NCBI GenBank assembly: GCA_964016885.1
Contig: CAXHJY010000262.1
Span: forward strand, 62,001 to 126,000
Reading direction: 5' to 3'
From: Eledone cirrhosa
Taxonomy: Eukaryota
Length of the DNA stretch: 64,000 bases
The notes below the pieces were generated by a model. The model was not told the DNA's origin, did no database searches, and saw nothing but the letters and a program-made list of their open reading frames with translations. This document shows positions 48,695 to 62,000 of this stretch, one piece after another (position 1 is the stretch's first letter; each line of letters opens with the position of its first letter). Made by a program: the position numbers and the translations under genes.

Positions 48695-50227
48695 TCAGTG
48701 ATATGGCTTGTCTCCTGTATGTATACGTTTGTGTGTAGTTACGTTACTACTTAGAGAGACTGATTTGCCACCAATATCACAGTGATATGGCTTGTCTCCT
48801 GTATGTGTATGTTTATGTGTAGTTAGGCTACTACTTACAGAGAATGATTTACCACAAATATCACAGTGATATGGCTTGTCTCCTGTATGTGTACGTTTAT
48901 GTGTAGTTAGGTTACTACTTACAGAGAATGATTTACCACAGATATCACAGTGATATGGCTTGTCTCCTGTATGGGTACGTTTGTGGCTAGTTACTTGACT
49001 ACTTCGAGAGAATGATTTGCCACAGATATCACAGTGATATGGCTTATGTCCTGTATGTATACGTTTGTGTGTAATTAAGTTACTACTTAGAGAGAATGAT
49101 TTGCCACCAATATCACAGCGATATGGCTTGTCTCCTGTATGTGTACGTTTATGTGTAGTTAGGCTACTACTTACAGAGAATGATTTACCACAGATATCAC
49201 AGTGATATGGCTTGTCCCCTGTATGTGTACGTTTATGTGTAGTTAGGTTACTACTATCAGAGAATGATTTACCACAGATATCACAGTGGTATGGCTTGTC
49301 TCCTGTATGTATACGTTTATGCTTAATTAAGGAACTACTTTCAGAGAATGATTTACCACAGATATCACAGTGATATGGCTTGTCTCCTGTATGGGTACGT
49401 TTGTGGCTAGTTAAGTGACTACTTCGTGAGAATGATTTGCCACAGATATCACAGTGACATGGCTTGTCTCCTGTATGTATACGTTTGTGTGTAGTCAAGT
49501 TACTACTTTGAGAGAATGATTTGCCACAGATATCACAGTGATATGGTTTGTCTCCTGTATGTGTATGTTTATGTGTAGTTAGGCTACTACTTAGAGAGAA
49601 TGATTTACTACAGATATCACAGTGATATGGCTTATGTCCTGTATGTATATGTTTGTGGGAAGTTAAGTTACTACTATCAGAGAATGATTTACCACAGATA
49701 TCACAGTGATATGGCTTGTCTCCTGTATGTATACGTTTGTGAGCAGTTAAGTGACTACTGCCAGAGAATGATTTACCACAGATATCGCAGTAATATGGCT
49801 TGTCTCCTGTATGGGTACGTTTGTGAGAAAGTAAGTTACTACTTCGAGAGAATGATTTACCACAGATATCGCACTGATATGGTTTCTCCCCTGTATGGGT
49901 ATGTATGTGAGTATTTAAGTGACTACTTCGAGAAAATGATTTACTACAGATATCGCAGTGATATGGTTTCTCTCCTGTATGTATATGTTTGTGATTAATT
50001 AAGTTACTACTATCAGAGAATGATTTACCACAGATATCACAGTGATATGGCTTCTCCCCTGTATGTATATGTTTGTGAGTAGTTAAGGTACTACTTTTAT
50101 TGAATGATTTACCACAGATATCACAGTGATATGGCTTCTCTTCTCTAACCTTCATCAGCTCACCAGGAATACTAAACGATTTCGATTGTGTTTCGCATTT
50201 AATCTTCTTTGTCAATTTATTTTCCAT
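48695..50227 (-). CDS. C2H2 zinc-finger protein (ZNF2 here), 17 fingers in frame (two with second Cys changed to Gly); 3 more fingers beyond a 2-nt deletion, ending at 48451
   Basis: [22 protein letters not shown] repeats; N-terminus [14 protein letters not shown] shared with the 62337 gene. Confidence 0.88.
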   Translation of the reverse strand: MENKLTKKIKCETQSKSFSIPGELMKVREEKPYHCDICGKSFNKSSTLTTHKHIHTGEKPYHCDICGKSFSDSSNLINHKHIHTGEKPYHCDICSKSFSRSSHLNTHIHTHTGEKPYQCDICGKSFSRSSNLLSHKRTHTGDKPYYCDICGKSFSGSSHLTAHKRIHTGDKPYHCDICGKSFSDSSNLTSHKHIHTGHKPYHCDICSKSFSLSSSLTTHKHTHTGDKPYHCDICGKSFSQSSNLTTHKRIHTGDKPCHCDICGKSFSRSSHLTSHKRTHTGDKPYHCDICGKSFSESSSLIKHKRIHTGDKPYHCDICGKSFSDSSNLTTHKRTHTGDKPYHCDICGKSFSVSSSLTTHKRTHTGDKPYRCDIGGKSFSLSSNLITHKRIHTGHKPYHCDICGKSFSRSSQVTSHKRTHTGDKPYHCDICGKSFSVSSNLTTHKRTHTGDKPYHCDICGKSFSVSSSLTTHKHTHTGDKPYHCDIGGKSVSLSSNVTTHKRIHTGDKPYH

Positions 50228-50651
50228 AATTATTTCTTCTTCAACAGAATATACAAATGTTTTACTCGTAATATTTTTAATATTATATTTCTTATAAAAA
50301 TATTTCTTCTTCTATATTTCCCTCAACTGTGATTTCAGTTAATATCTGAAGATAATACAAACTTCTTTTTCATCCAAGTTTAGTTAAAATACGAAACCAT
50401 CTTATAGTTAAGAAAATATACTCAATTTTGAGAAAATATTTCACAGTAATACGAGAGATTTATATAAACAGGGTTATATAAGTTCTGTTAAAAAAGTTGT
50501 TGTCTTAAAATGATGATAAATAGAGGTGATGTATCCAAGATTGAAAATAATAATTTATACCAATGTCATCTGATATTCTGAAATAAGAAAGAAACAGTAT
50601 GAGATAATACAGAATACTTCAGAAGCAGAGATAGATTTAAGTGGAAATCTT

Positions 50652-50788
50652 ACAATTTTCCCAGCGCCGAAGACGTTACCTTTTCCCTAATATAAGTCCC
50701 AAAAATCTACCATATGTCCTGGAGGCCGAAGGTTATTTATCATTTTTTTCCAAAAATGTTGATGACTTCGGCGCTGGTAAATACGGTA
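50652..50788. mobile_element. Small MITE-like inverted-repeat element (Tc1/pogo-like end)
   Basis: CCAGCGCCGAAG.C pairs with GACTTCGGCGCTGG, followed by TAAATACGGTA. Confidence 0.5.
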
Positions 50789-51281
50789 CATTGGTAAACT
50801 GTAGAAATGTACCTGTGTGATGTTTATTTATATAAACCAAGGCTATATATATGTCAAACTACAGCTGCACCATCACTATAGCGGTGTCATCTAGTACAGG
50901 GCCCCAAAAGTGTGGTAACCTTGTGAAATGGGTTTGGCTCGGCCGACTGGCCAGCCCTTCTTTTAACCGTACCATTCAGTACCAGTCCCCATAATTATGG
51001 AAACTTCATGAAAAGGGTTTGGCCCATCTGGCTGGCCACCCCTCCTCATAATGGTGCCACCCAGTACCAGGACGTTAATTGATGATGATGATATATAATA
51101 AAATGTTGTAGTTTGCTTGAAGCATTCTATATAATATATAACGTTGAAAGAGATAGAAGGCTAAACAATGCAAAATGGACTGTAAGATGAGGTAACGAAA
51201 AGTAAAAGTTACCTGGTAATCTTTGTTGTTGTTCTTTTATTTGTTGAATATTGCGGGACCTAAAAGTCCTTTCTTCAGGGT

Positions 51282-51497
51282 TTAACCCTTTAGCATTTAC
51301 ATTACTACATATATACTATTATATTTCCATGGTAAACGCTTTACCTCACATAATATCGAATCTATGCGATTTTTATATTATTTATATTGAAAACAATACC
51401 ATAACATCATTATGAGTGGCCAATTACGGCTGGTTTAAAACGAAAATGGGGACAAAATTCTGGCCACTTACGGCCAGTTTAAATGTTAAAGTGTTAA
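51282..51497. mobile_element. piggyBac-type MITE
   Basis: TTAA at both ends; TIR CCCTTTAGCATTTA / TAAATGTTAAAGTG. Confidence 0.7.
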
Positions 51498-51594
51498 GCA
51501 ACTTTCATTGGATAATGTTCCAATTTCCTCTCTTTGGGATTAAATTTTGACTTTGATTAAAAAATTTTCTAAGTCATTTTCAAGCATTTTATAA

Positions 51595-52592
51595 AATTGA
51601 TGGGAGCTTTGAAGTAGGAACACAGTTTGAAGTGATAAAAGCTGACCTCACACAATTGATGGAAGCTATGGAGTAAGAAGACCTAGTTTGAAGTCATAAA
51701 AGCTGACCTCATACAATTGATGGAAGCTATGGAGTAAGAAGACCTAGTTTGAGGTGATAAAAGCTGACCTCACACAATTGATGGAAGCTATGAAGTAGGA
51801 AGACCTAGTTTGATGTGATAAAAGCTGACCTCACACAATTGATGGAAGCTGGGAAGTAGGAAGACGTAGTTTGAAGTGATAAAAGCTGACCTCACACAAT
51901 TGATGGAAGCTATGGAGTAGGAAGACCTAGTTTGAGGTGATAAAAGCTGACCTCAGACAATTGATGGAAGCTATGGAGTAAGAAGACCTAGTTTGAGGTG
52001 ATAAAAGCTGACCTCACACAATTGATGGAAGCTATGGAGTAGGAAGACCTAGTTTGAGGTGATAAAAGCTGACCTCACACAATTGATGGAAGCTATGGAG
52101 TAAGAAGACCTAGTTTGAGGTGATAAAAGCTGATCTCACACAATTGATGGAAGCTATAGAGTAGGAAGACCTGGGATGAGGTGATAAAAGCTGACCTTAC
52201 ACAATTGATGGAAGCTATGGAGTAAGAAGACCTAGTTTGAGGTGATAAAAGCTGACTTCACACAATTGATGGAAGCTATAGAGTAGGAAGACCTGGGATG
52301 AGGTGATAAAAGCTGACCTCACACAATTGATGGAAGCTATAGAGTAAGAAGACCTAATTTGAGGTGATAAAAGCTGACTTCACACAATTGATGGAAGCTA
52401 TAGAGTAGGAAGACCTGGGATGAGGTGATAAAAGCTGACCTCACACAATTGATGGAAGCTATAGAGTAGGAAGACCTGGGATGAGGTGATAAAAGCTGAC
52501 TTCACACAATTGATGGAAGCTATGGAATAGGAAGACCTGGGATGAGGTGATAGAAGCTGACCTCACACACTTGATGGAAGCTATGGAGTAGT
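51595..52592 (+). repeat. 61-bp minisatellite (about 16 units) derived from the RTE ORF C-terminus
   Basis: GATGGAAGCTATGGAGTAGGAAGACCTGGGATGAGGTGATAAAAGCTGACCTCACACAATT; compare [25 protein letters not shown]. Confidence 0.9.
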
Positions 52593-52899
52593 AAGATAAG
52601 TACGGTTGTTTGAGGAAGACCAGCAGTCGCCCATGTATACCAGTCTCTCACTCCACGCCACCGATGTTGTCCATGGGAAAGGCAATGACTGATACAGCTT
52701 GTTACCAGTGACATCACAACATATATATATTATATATACATTGTGTACACTATGTATTATACACTATATATGATGTTGTCCAAGGGAAAGGTAATGACTG
52801 ATACAGCTTGGCACCAGTGATTTCACAACATATATACTATATATACTATATATATACTATATATATTATATATACACTATGTACAGTATATATAGAATT

Positions 52900-55800
52900 C
52901 AAATTCTCCCTTTTTCTCTCGGATTTTCAATAAATATCATACATGTTTTTAATAATATGTCTCATTCTGTTGGACCCTTCCTAAAAACTAATCTTCTCCT
53001 AAAGTTACCCATTACCCACCCCTCAGACACCACCATTGCTATATGGCCCAATCATAACTCAGCAGCTTATAGTAAGTTCTCTAACAAATCAGTATAGCAA
53101 AGCTACCACCTCAGTTACTACTCCTTAAATTTAGACTTGTTTGATGGGTGGACTGCAGAATTTGGAAAGTCTAAGCACTCAATGACAATGTCACAGATAA
53201 AGATAAATTCTACTCCCGCTGCAGGATGACCAACATAATTCCGTCTCCCACACCTCTCCCTGCCCCTCCATCCCACCCTCCCAACTTCAGAGTTGGTACC
53301 ATGAACGTAGGCACATTGAAAGGTTGCTCAAATGAGATTGTAGAGCTGCTTGACCGTAAAGAAGTTGATGTTTGTTGTATTCAAGAGACTAGGTGGAGAG
53401 GTGGGTCTGCCAGATTCATCGTGGGTAAAAAAACGATGCTATAAACTTTTCTGTGTGGGAAATGACAACGGACTGGTGTAGGAATTGTTAGCTGAAAAAT
53501 GGGTAGATAAGGTAATTGACGTAAATAGAGTGAATGACAGAATAATTAAAATAAGACATAGTGATGGCTATGATGGAATCCATGGAGGCTATGGGGTTGG
53601 AAATAGAAATGAGGAAGGCTCCAGGATCCTGGAATTCTGTGACGCAAATAACCTAACTATCTGTAACACAAACTTCAAAAAACGAGAAAACCACTTGATC
53701 ACCTATAGATCAGGGGAACACGCCAGCCAGATAGATTATATCCTTACGAGAAGACGTAACAAAGTGTCTGTTGTAAACACTAAATCCCTTCGCTGTGAAG
53801 AATGCACCTCCCAACATAGCCTAGTAGTTAGTGACCTCATAGTCAGAAATAGACATATTCGATGACAGAGGAGGCCTACCTTGAGGAGAAGAATATGGAA
53901 GTTGAATGACCCCATAGCCATTGACAAATTTAAAAGCTTATTACTTGATGCCTTTGACAATAAGGAAGAGCAATTAGAGACGTGCAATATAGAGGAACAG
54001 TGGCAAATCTTGTAAGTGAACCTGCTGAAAGCAACGGGTGAAATCTGTGGCTGGAGTAGACCTATTGGCAGGAGGAGAGTAACTTGGTGATGGAACAGTA
54101 AGGTGGAAGAGACAATCAAGGCCAAAATGCAGGCTTGGAAAGTATGCCAGGATAGAGGAAGTAGAGAACACTATCAAGTGGCCAGGAGAGAAGCTAGGAG
54201 ACAAGTGTACCTTGCAAAAAGGGAAGCAGAGGATAGAAAGATCAAGCATTTTCTAGAACAAGAGGACAACAAACGTGAGGTGTTCAGGATTGCTAGACAA
54301 TGTGTCAAGGAAAACCATGATATTGTCGGGGAGAAGTGTGTCCGTAATGATAAAGGTGTACTTGCCCTCACTGATGCTGATAAGAAGATAACCTGGAAGT
54401 GTCACTACGAGAGACTATTAAATGAGGAGAATAAATAGGAAAAAGATAGTCTGCCCCAAATCGATCCAATAGCTGGACCAGTGGTGCAAGTTAAAAGTAG
54501 TATAATAAGTAAGGCAATCAAAGATATGAAGACAGGCAAGGCATCTGGGCCTTCGGAGATAGTTGCTAAGATGTTGAAGGCATCTGGAATGGTGGGACAT
54601 ACTATGGTCACCCGTATAGTTAACCAAGTAATACAGAATGGGGTCATACCAAAAGACTGGCATAGCAGCATCATCATTAACTGCTACAAGGGTAAAGGGA
54701 ATGCTCTAGATAGGGGAAACTATAGAGGCATTAAGTTAGTTGACCAGGTCATGAAGGTCACAGAAAGAGTTATAGCGCAACTAATCAGAGAGCGAATTGA
54801 TCTAGATGAAATGCAGTTTGGGTTTGTGTCAGGTAAAAGTACCACAGATGCTCTTTTCCTTGTACGACAACTACAGGAGAAGTACCTAGCTAAAAGTAAA
54901 CTCCTTTACTTAGCTTTTGTAGACCTGGAGAAAGCCTTTGACAGAGTCCCCTGCTCCATTATCTGGTGGGCTCTTAGAAAACTAGGTGTAGATGAATGGC
55001 TTGTGAGAGCTATACAAGCTATGTATAAAGAAACAGTCAGTAAGGTTAGAATTAATGAATATTGTGAAGAATTTAGTGTAAAAGTTGGTGTTGATCAAGG
55101 CTATGTCCTTAGCCCCCTCCTATTTATTATTTCCCTTCAGGCTATAACAGAGGAGTTCAAGACCATCTGCCCATGGGAACTCCTATACGCAGATGATCTA
55201 ACTCTCATAGCTGAATCTATGGCTGAACTAGAGAAGAAATTCCAAACATGGAAGCATGGCCTAGAATCAAAAGGCCTTAAATTTAACTTGTCTAAGACTA
55301 AAGTTCTAGTTTGTAGAAAGGAAAATAGGGCGCAGGTGCCCTCAGGGAAATGGCCATGCTCAGTATGTAGGAAAGGAGTAGGCAGAAATTCCATTTTATG
55401 TTCCAAATGCAAACTAAAAGATGTGGGATCACAGGTAAACTATCTAAGAACATAGACTTTATATGAGGCCGATGTTCAGATGTCATAGGTAGCAAGTGTT
55501 CACAGGATACTAGCTCCTTCTATTGCCCAGATGGTTCTATAGAAATAGTGGACACTTTCCGTTACCTGGGTGACGAAATCAGCAGTGGTGGAGGGTGCTC
55601 TGAAAGTACAGTAGCTAGAGTCAGAACGGGATGGAAAAAGTTCAGAGAGCTTATACCGCTAAAGATTTCTCTCTAAAAATGAAAGGCAGATTGTATGATG
55701 CCTGTATACGAACAGCAATGCTACATGGCAGTGAGACATGGGCATTACGTGCAGAGGACCTGTGCAGACTGGAAAGGAACGAAGCATGCATGCTCCGTTG

Positions 55801-56468
55801 GATGTGTAATAGTAATATACGTGAACGGCAAAGCATAAATGAACTAAGTGAGAAATTAGGAATAAGAGGGATCAGATGCTGTTTACTTGAGAGAAGACTA
55901 CGTTGGTATAGTCACGTGATGCGCATGAAAGATGACAGCTGCATAAAAAAGTGCAGGGCGATCAAAATTGATGGTAGTTACTGAATAGGTAGACCCAGAA
56001 AAACCTAGGACGATCTGCTAAATTCCGACCTTACACACACCGCTCTAAGACAATGTCACTGGACCGAGACCTTTGGCGCTACACAGTAATACAGAAGACC
56101 CGCCTTGCCTATGTACAAAGCGAAACCTACAGTCAGTAGCCACCTCTTAACCAAATATACACCCCAATCCACTACCCCTACCCTATCCTACCACTCCCAC
56201 CAACACCACCCTCTCTCTGTAAAGTTGGTACCACAACATCCAGTCCAAATAAATGAGATAATGAGATCGTGATCGTGTAAAGAGTTCCCAGTTCCACACT
56301 GTAAATGTGGTTGGTGTTAGGAAGGGCATCCAGCCGTAGAAAACCTGCCAGATAGTCCTATACGAGCGAGACACAGTCACCCGACCAACCTTGCCTCAAG
56401 TGGAACACCTCCCGTCTAACCCATGCTAGCATGGAAGATGGACATTAAACGAAGATGATGATGATGAT
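52900..56468 (+). mobile_element. RTE LINE copy F, near full length, with several stops and frameshifts
   Basis: ORF pieces at 53226, 53485, 54103, 54481 and 55631 cover APE, RT and C-terminus; (GAT)n tail. Confidence 0.92.
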
Positions 56469-56519
56469 GTATATACATATTATAGATACAATATGGACAG
56501 TATATATTATACACTATAT

Positions 56520-57082
56520 ACGATGTCCAAGAGAAAGGCAATGGCTGATACAGCTTGGCACCAGTGATATCACAGCATATATACTTTATATACATATATG
56601 AACAATATATATACACTATGTACAGTATATATAAACTATACACATAATATATACACTGTGTACAGTATCTATACACTATATATGATGTCCAAGAGAAAGG
56701 TAATGGCTGATACAGTTTGCCACAAGTGACATCAAAACATTTATATATACCGTATATCTACACTATATACATATTATACACTATATATGCTGTCCAAGAG
56801 AAAGGCTATGGCCGATACAGCTTGGTACTAGTGACATCACAGCATATATATACACTATATATATTATACAGTATATATATACACTATATATATATGTCCA
56901 AGAGAAAGGTTATGGCCGATACAGCTTGGCACCAGTGACATCACAACTCATTTCTACAGCTGAGTAAACTGGAGCAACGTGAAATAAAGTGTCTTGCTCA
57001 AGGACGCAACACATCACCCGGTCCGAGAATTGAACTCACCACCTTTTAATTGCAAGCCCAATGCTGTAACCACTAAGCCATG
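56520..57082 (-). mobile_element. tRNA/CORE-like SINE whose 3' end is repeated about 4 times, separated by TA-rich spacers (similar pieces at 52660-52830)
   Basis: Head CATGGCTTAGTGG at 57082; repeated GTCCAAGAGAAAGG.ATGGC.GATACAGCTTGGCACCAGTGA. Confidence 0.75.
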
Positions 57083-57499
57083 ATACGTTCCAGACGCAAC
57101 CGTGATATATGGAGACCATAAAGACAACCGGTCTTTCCATAGTTTAAGCCTTAAAATACCTCTCATACACGCTTTAAGTACATATAAACTCATTAAAACA
57201 CACTTTTGTATTTAAACACAAAAAAACAACCAGTAACGATCGTATAGAAACCACCAACCATTGTACACTAGTTACCAATTAGGACCATTGCCAGCCACGG
57301 TAGCCACTTGGTAATACACTACACATCTCCCATCAATCTATGAAGGGTTTGTAGTAGATTAGAGAAAAACACAATCAGTAAAACAGTAATGGAATGAAAA
57401 ATAAAAACATTTGTTCATAATTAAAGCCTTACGATATACACTTTAATAACATTGAAACTTATTTAATAAGTTTAAAATTTAAACACTTTTCATTCAGAC

Positions 57500-57650
57500 G
57501 TACCGCGATAAGAAAATAGATATGTTCTAACGAATAATCCGCGATGTGGCGAGGATTACCGCGATAGGAAATTAGATACGTTCCAAAGATATATCCGCGA
57601 TGTAACGGGACTGCGAAAAGTGAACCGCGATATAGCGGGGGTTTACTGTA
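57500..57650 (-). mobile_element. Tc1/mariner-pogo (Tigger-like) transposon end
   Basis: TA-CAGTAAACCCCCGCTATATCGCG terminus with repeated ATCGCGG subterminal motifs; other end not seen. Confidence 0.5.
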
Positions 57651-58220
57651 TATATACACACACACAACATATATCTATCTATATACACTCATAATATTTA
57701 TTCTGATTTTTTACTTTAATATGTTGTATGAGGGTGCGACAACTGTTTCTTGTTTGAGGTTGTTCCAGTGGTTGAAATATAGACGGAGGTATTTTAAATA
57801 ATAAAGACAGTCATGATAACAATATATTTTATATTACATGTAACACTGGAATCTACTGATTGAAAAATAACACATCAACATTTCAGTTTGGAAGGTTTTT
57901 TTCTAAATATAAAAGTGGAGGAAGAAATATATTTTTCCAATGTTTTATATATATTTTCACTTGTATATAATTACTGGATCGCTGTAGGGTTCAAATAATT
58001 ATATTATTTTGGCAGTATCAGTAGAGAGTCGGACGCCATGCTTTCCACCATAGTTACGTCCCTTTACGGTCTGAGTTCAAATCGCGCCGAGGTAACCTTT
58101 GCCTTTCATCCTTACGGGGTCGATAAAATAAAGTACCAGTAATGTACTTGATTATTGCTGGCCTTGTGCCAAAAGTAGAAACAATTAATATAGACATTAA
58201 GTAAATCTTTGTCAACTTAC

Positions 58221-58773
58221 CTCCTTCACATATAATCAATGTGTTGTGTTGTTAGTTTTTACTAAACAACCAAAGAAATAATCTCTTTGTCATCAAATTA
58301 GAAGTTTCAAAGATGTTATCAGCTTTATTTCACGACATTAACGTTGGTGTATCTTCTTCATCTTTAGTCATAAATTGATATCTTGTCAGAAAGAAGTAGT
58401 GAGGCTGACTTTATGTCTTTAGCTATAGATTTGATAGGAAATATATATATATATTATGTTGATATGTGGTCTAAAATATATATATTGTCTGTAATTGATT
58501 GATAGCAGATGTTCTGGTGAAATAGTAGTTTTACTACTACAGATTGTAATGGAACTCTTAATAGACACAATTGTAAAGTAAGAATAGATATGACAGTGAA
58601 AGACTGATGTCGGGGAATTAAAATTGTGTATATATATATATATATATAATTGTTACACAAGATATAATTAGATTAATTAAAGTTATAATGAAGACAGCAG
58701 GTACCCGGTATCTTTGGAAATGATTTAACTCCCTTACTGGTGTCATACGTTAAAAGTCCCTGATATAATTTAA
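58221..58773 (-). promoter_or_regulatory. Putative promoter and non-coding first exon of ZNF2
   Basis: Homologous to the region upstream of ZNF1; ends at consensus donor GAG|GTAAGT (58220); acceptor TTTCTTATTTCAG at 50578. Confidence 0.45.
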
Positions 58774-58874
58774 TACCTTCAGACACACAGTTCCAATGGT
58801 ATTTAATTTATTGTAAATCAGAAAGTATCACTCAATAAAAATATCAATTATATATCTACGTAGTCTCTCACCCC

Positions 58875-59012
58875 GCTAGAAATAGCAGTGAAATTATCCA
58901 TTACAGATTTTTTTCTTTAAACTCTTACGTTTAGTTAAACAATAACAAGCAAGTCTTTTGTTCAGACTTCAGAGTAAGCTCGAAAACCGCCAGAATATCA
59001 TCCTTCTTCTTG

Positions 59013-59063
<51 letters not shown>

Positions 59064-62000
59064 CATACATGACTTTTAACGGTCTGAAAAATGAAAGTAA
59101 ATTTATTTTCATTTTCGAATGTCGTGTTTACATATATATAATATATATAATATATATAATTGTTTCTACTTTAGGCACAGGCCAGCAAATTAACCAGTGC
59201 ATTACTGGTACTTTATTTTATAATATATATATATATAAGAAAGGCGCATGGCTTAGTGCTTAGAGCATTGGGCTTGCAATCGAAAGGTTGTGAGTTCAAT
59301 TGTCGGCCGACCGGGCACTGCCCACAACACGACAACCCATCTAACCCATGCTAGCATGGAAGAACAGACGTAAAACGGTGACGATGATGATGATATATAC
59401 ACGTGTATATTCATACATTATACATCATCACAGTTTAAGTTCCATTTTACAAGCTAGCATGGGTCGTACGAGTTGTCCTGTTGTGTGAAAAGTTAGATCA
59501 AATGACCATGTCTGGCTCATGCAAGAAACATTTCTGGCTTGATTTCTATGGTTGGATGCCCTTCCTCACTCCAACCACATTTACAGGGAGGACTTGGCAT
59601 TTATTGTTGTGTTGTTAACATGACCAACCTACAGGGTGGACTGGGTGCTTTTTGTTGTGTTATCATCATGACAACCACCACCTAACAGAGCAGACTGGGT
59701 GCTCTTTGTCATGTCACCAATTTGACCACTTTGAAGGGTGCTTCGGGTCCCTTCAGTCTTGCCACTAGCATGACCACTTTACAGAGTGGGCTAGGGGCCT
59801 CCTGTCATGTCTAACTCACAGTGTGGACTGGGTGCTTATTTGTCATGTCACCAGCATGACTACCTTACAGGGAGGGTTAGGTGCTCTTTGGTCATGTTAC
59901 CTAACAGAGAGGACTTGGTACTCTTTTGTCATGACACCTGCACGACCACCTTACAGGGTTGTCTGAGGGCTTTTAGCCATTTAAGCAGCATTGGGGGGAG
60001 AGCATGTCAAACTTTCCATACTTGTATACATGGGTTGGTCAAGAGAGGTGTATCAAATGTGAAAGTGGGGGTGGGGTAGTGTGTATGTTGGGTGGGGATT
60101 GGAGAGGTAGGTCAGGGTGGTGTACTTAGCTGGTAAGGGTGTGAAGTGTTAAGATGTGGGGAGGAGGAAAATTGGTGCATACTTCAAACCACTAAATGTT
60201 GCTTCATCCCGTGCACATTGGAATGCAGGTCTCCTGCAGTACTGTATAACGCCAGAGATTTCAATCCTGTGTCATCACCTTTGAGAGGTACAATGGTGTC
60301 AGGTCAGTTTTTACCTTCTCATCCCAAGCTTTCCAAGGTCTTCCTCTTCCATCAATTTCAAGAGGTCAACCTTTTATACAGCATCTCTACTTTCATACAC
60401 ATCACATGTCAATACCACAGCAGTCTCCTCTCCTGTATACTGTATCTTATCCCTCTCCTGCCCAGGTTCTCTCTCAGTTTAGTTACACTTTGCTCTTCAT
60501 GTATATTAATATTACACATCCGTTGAATTCAAGCTTCATTTCTTTCCAATCTTCAGAGGTCCTCTGCACACACCGCCCAGATCTCACTGCAATGCAGCAT
60601 TGCTGTTCATATGCAGACATCAATTTGATGAAACAACCTTTTTGTAGCTAGCAGTAGTAGTAGCACCCTAAACCTTTGCCATCTTGTTCTTACTCTGGTT
60701 ACTGTACTTTCAGAACACCTACCTACACTGCTATTTTGGTCCCCCAGATAACAGAAACTGTCAACTGCTTCTATGGAACCCATTAAATGTTTGATAGAGC
60801 TTGTCTCCTAAACGCAATTGCAGCTTACTGCTCCAGTGCAATGACCCCTTGTAAAATCTACGTTCTTAGCTAACTCACCATGTATCCCACTAAATCTCTT
60901 GTGTACACATAGTCTATTTAGAGTAAATAATGTTTCATACACATAACATGTATGTGTGACCATTTGGTTTCCAAGTCCACTTATGGCCACCACTGTTTAA
61001 TGGGGTGAGGCACTTCCAAACAGACCCTTCATTAGGCATGCTGACAAATATTAAAAGGAAGTTCTTTCCTCCAACAATTTTCACCCCAAACAGACGAGAG
61101 TTTCATATTGTCAAAAAGGGAGGTAAATCTTTAGTGGTGGAATTGTCAGGCTTAATTAAGTATGTAATTAGACATACATAGAAGTGGTTGATAGCTTTTG
61201 CAATCTAGGTGACTTAATTAGCAGGGAGCTGCCCTGAAAGATGAATAGCTAGAATAAGGATAGGATGGAAAAAGTTTAGAGAGCTACTGCAACAGTTGAC
61301 CACAAAAGGTTTCTCTCTCTGTACAAAAGGACAACTGTATGACACATGTGGGTGATGTTCAATGATGAATGGTAACGAAACAAAGGCTGTGACTGCAGAG
61401 GATATGTAGACTGGAGAGAAATGAAACAACCATGCTTTGTAGGATATGTTATGTAAGTGTGAGAGAAAGGTAGAACTTGGACAAGTTCAAGAAGATGGGT
61501 TTAAGAGTGATCTGAAGTGGTGTGTAAGAGAGAAGTGTGTTTGTACGGACATGGGATGAACATGGATAATGAACACTGGGTGATGAATTGCCAGAAAATC
61601 CCAGTAGAAGGAAGCCATAGTAGAGGTAGACCAAGAAAGACCTGGACAGAGGCAGTGTGAACAGACTGCGAATAACTGACTCTCACAGATGACACGTGTT
61701 GAAAGATGCCATGTTGAGAAGGACATGTCCAAACCAAGGAAGGATGGAAAAACCGACATAAAAAGAGTGATGATGTTGATGAAGATGACGTACATATACA
61801 CACATACATAATCAAATACTTATATACAAACACATATACAAATATATATATGGACACAAATTTCTACACACATACATTCACATATATATAACATATGTAA
61901 ATTCTGAACCATATAGTTTTGTCAGCACAAGTCTTGGTTACAATTTCTACAAATAAAATGAAAGGAGAAGAAATTCTTAGTAAAACAGTTTTATTCAAAA

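Larger units (their letters stand above)
45335..50690 (+). repeat. Segmental duplication unit 1 (paralog of 58875-64000): SINE, RTE debris, ZNF gene and upstream region
   Basis: Collinear matches, e.g. GCTAGAAATAGCAG at 45338/58875 and GTCAGCACAAGTCTTGGTTACAA at 47891/61921. Confidence 0.9.

Noticed and set aside
58295-58340. Minus-strand CTGATAA...GAAA hammerhead-like string
   Set aside because: C3-A8 mismatch, no stem II and poor stem I; likely chance
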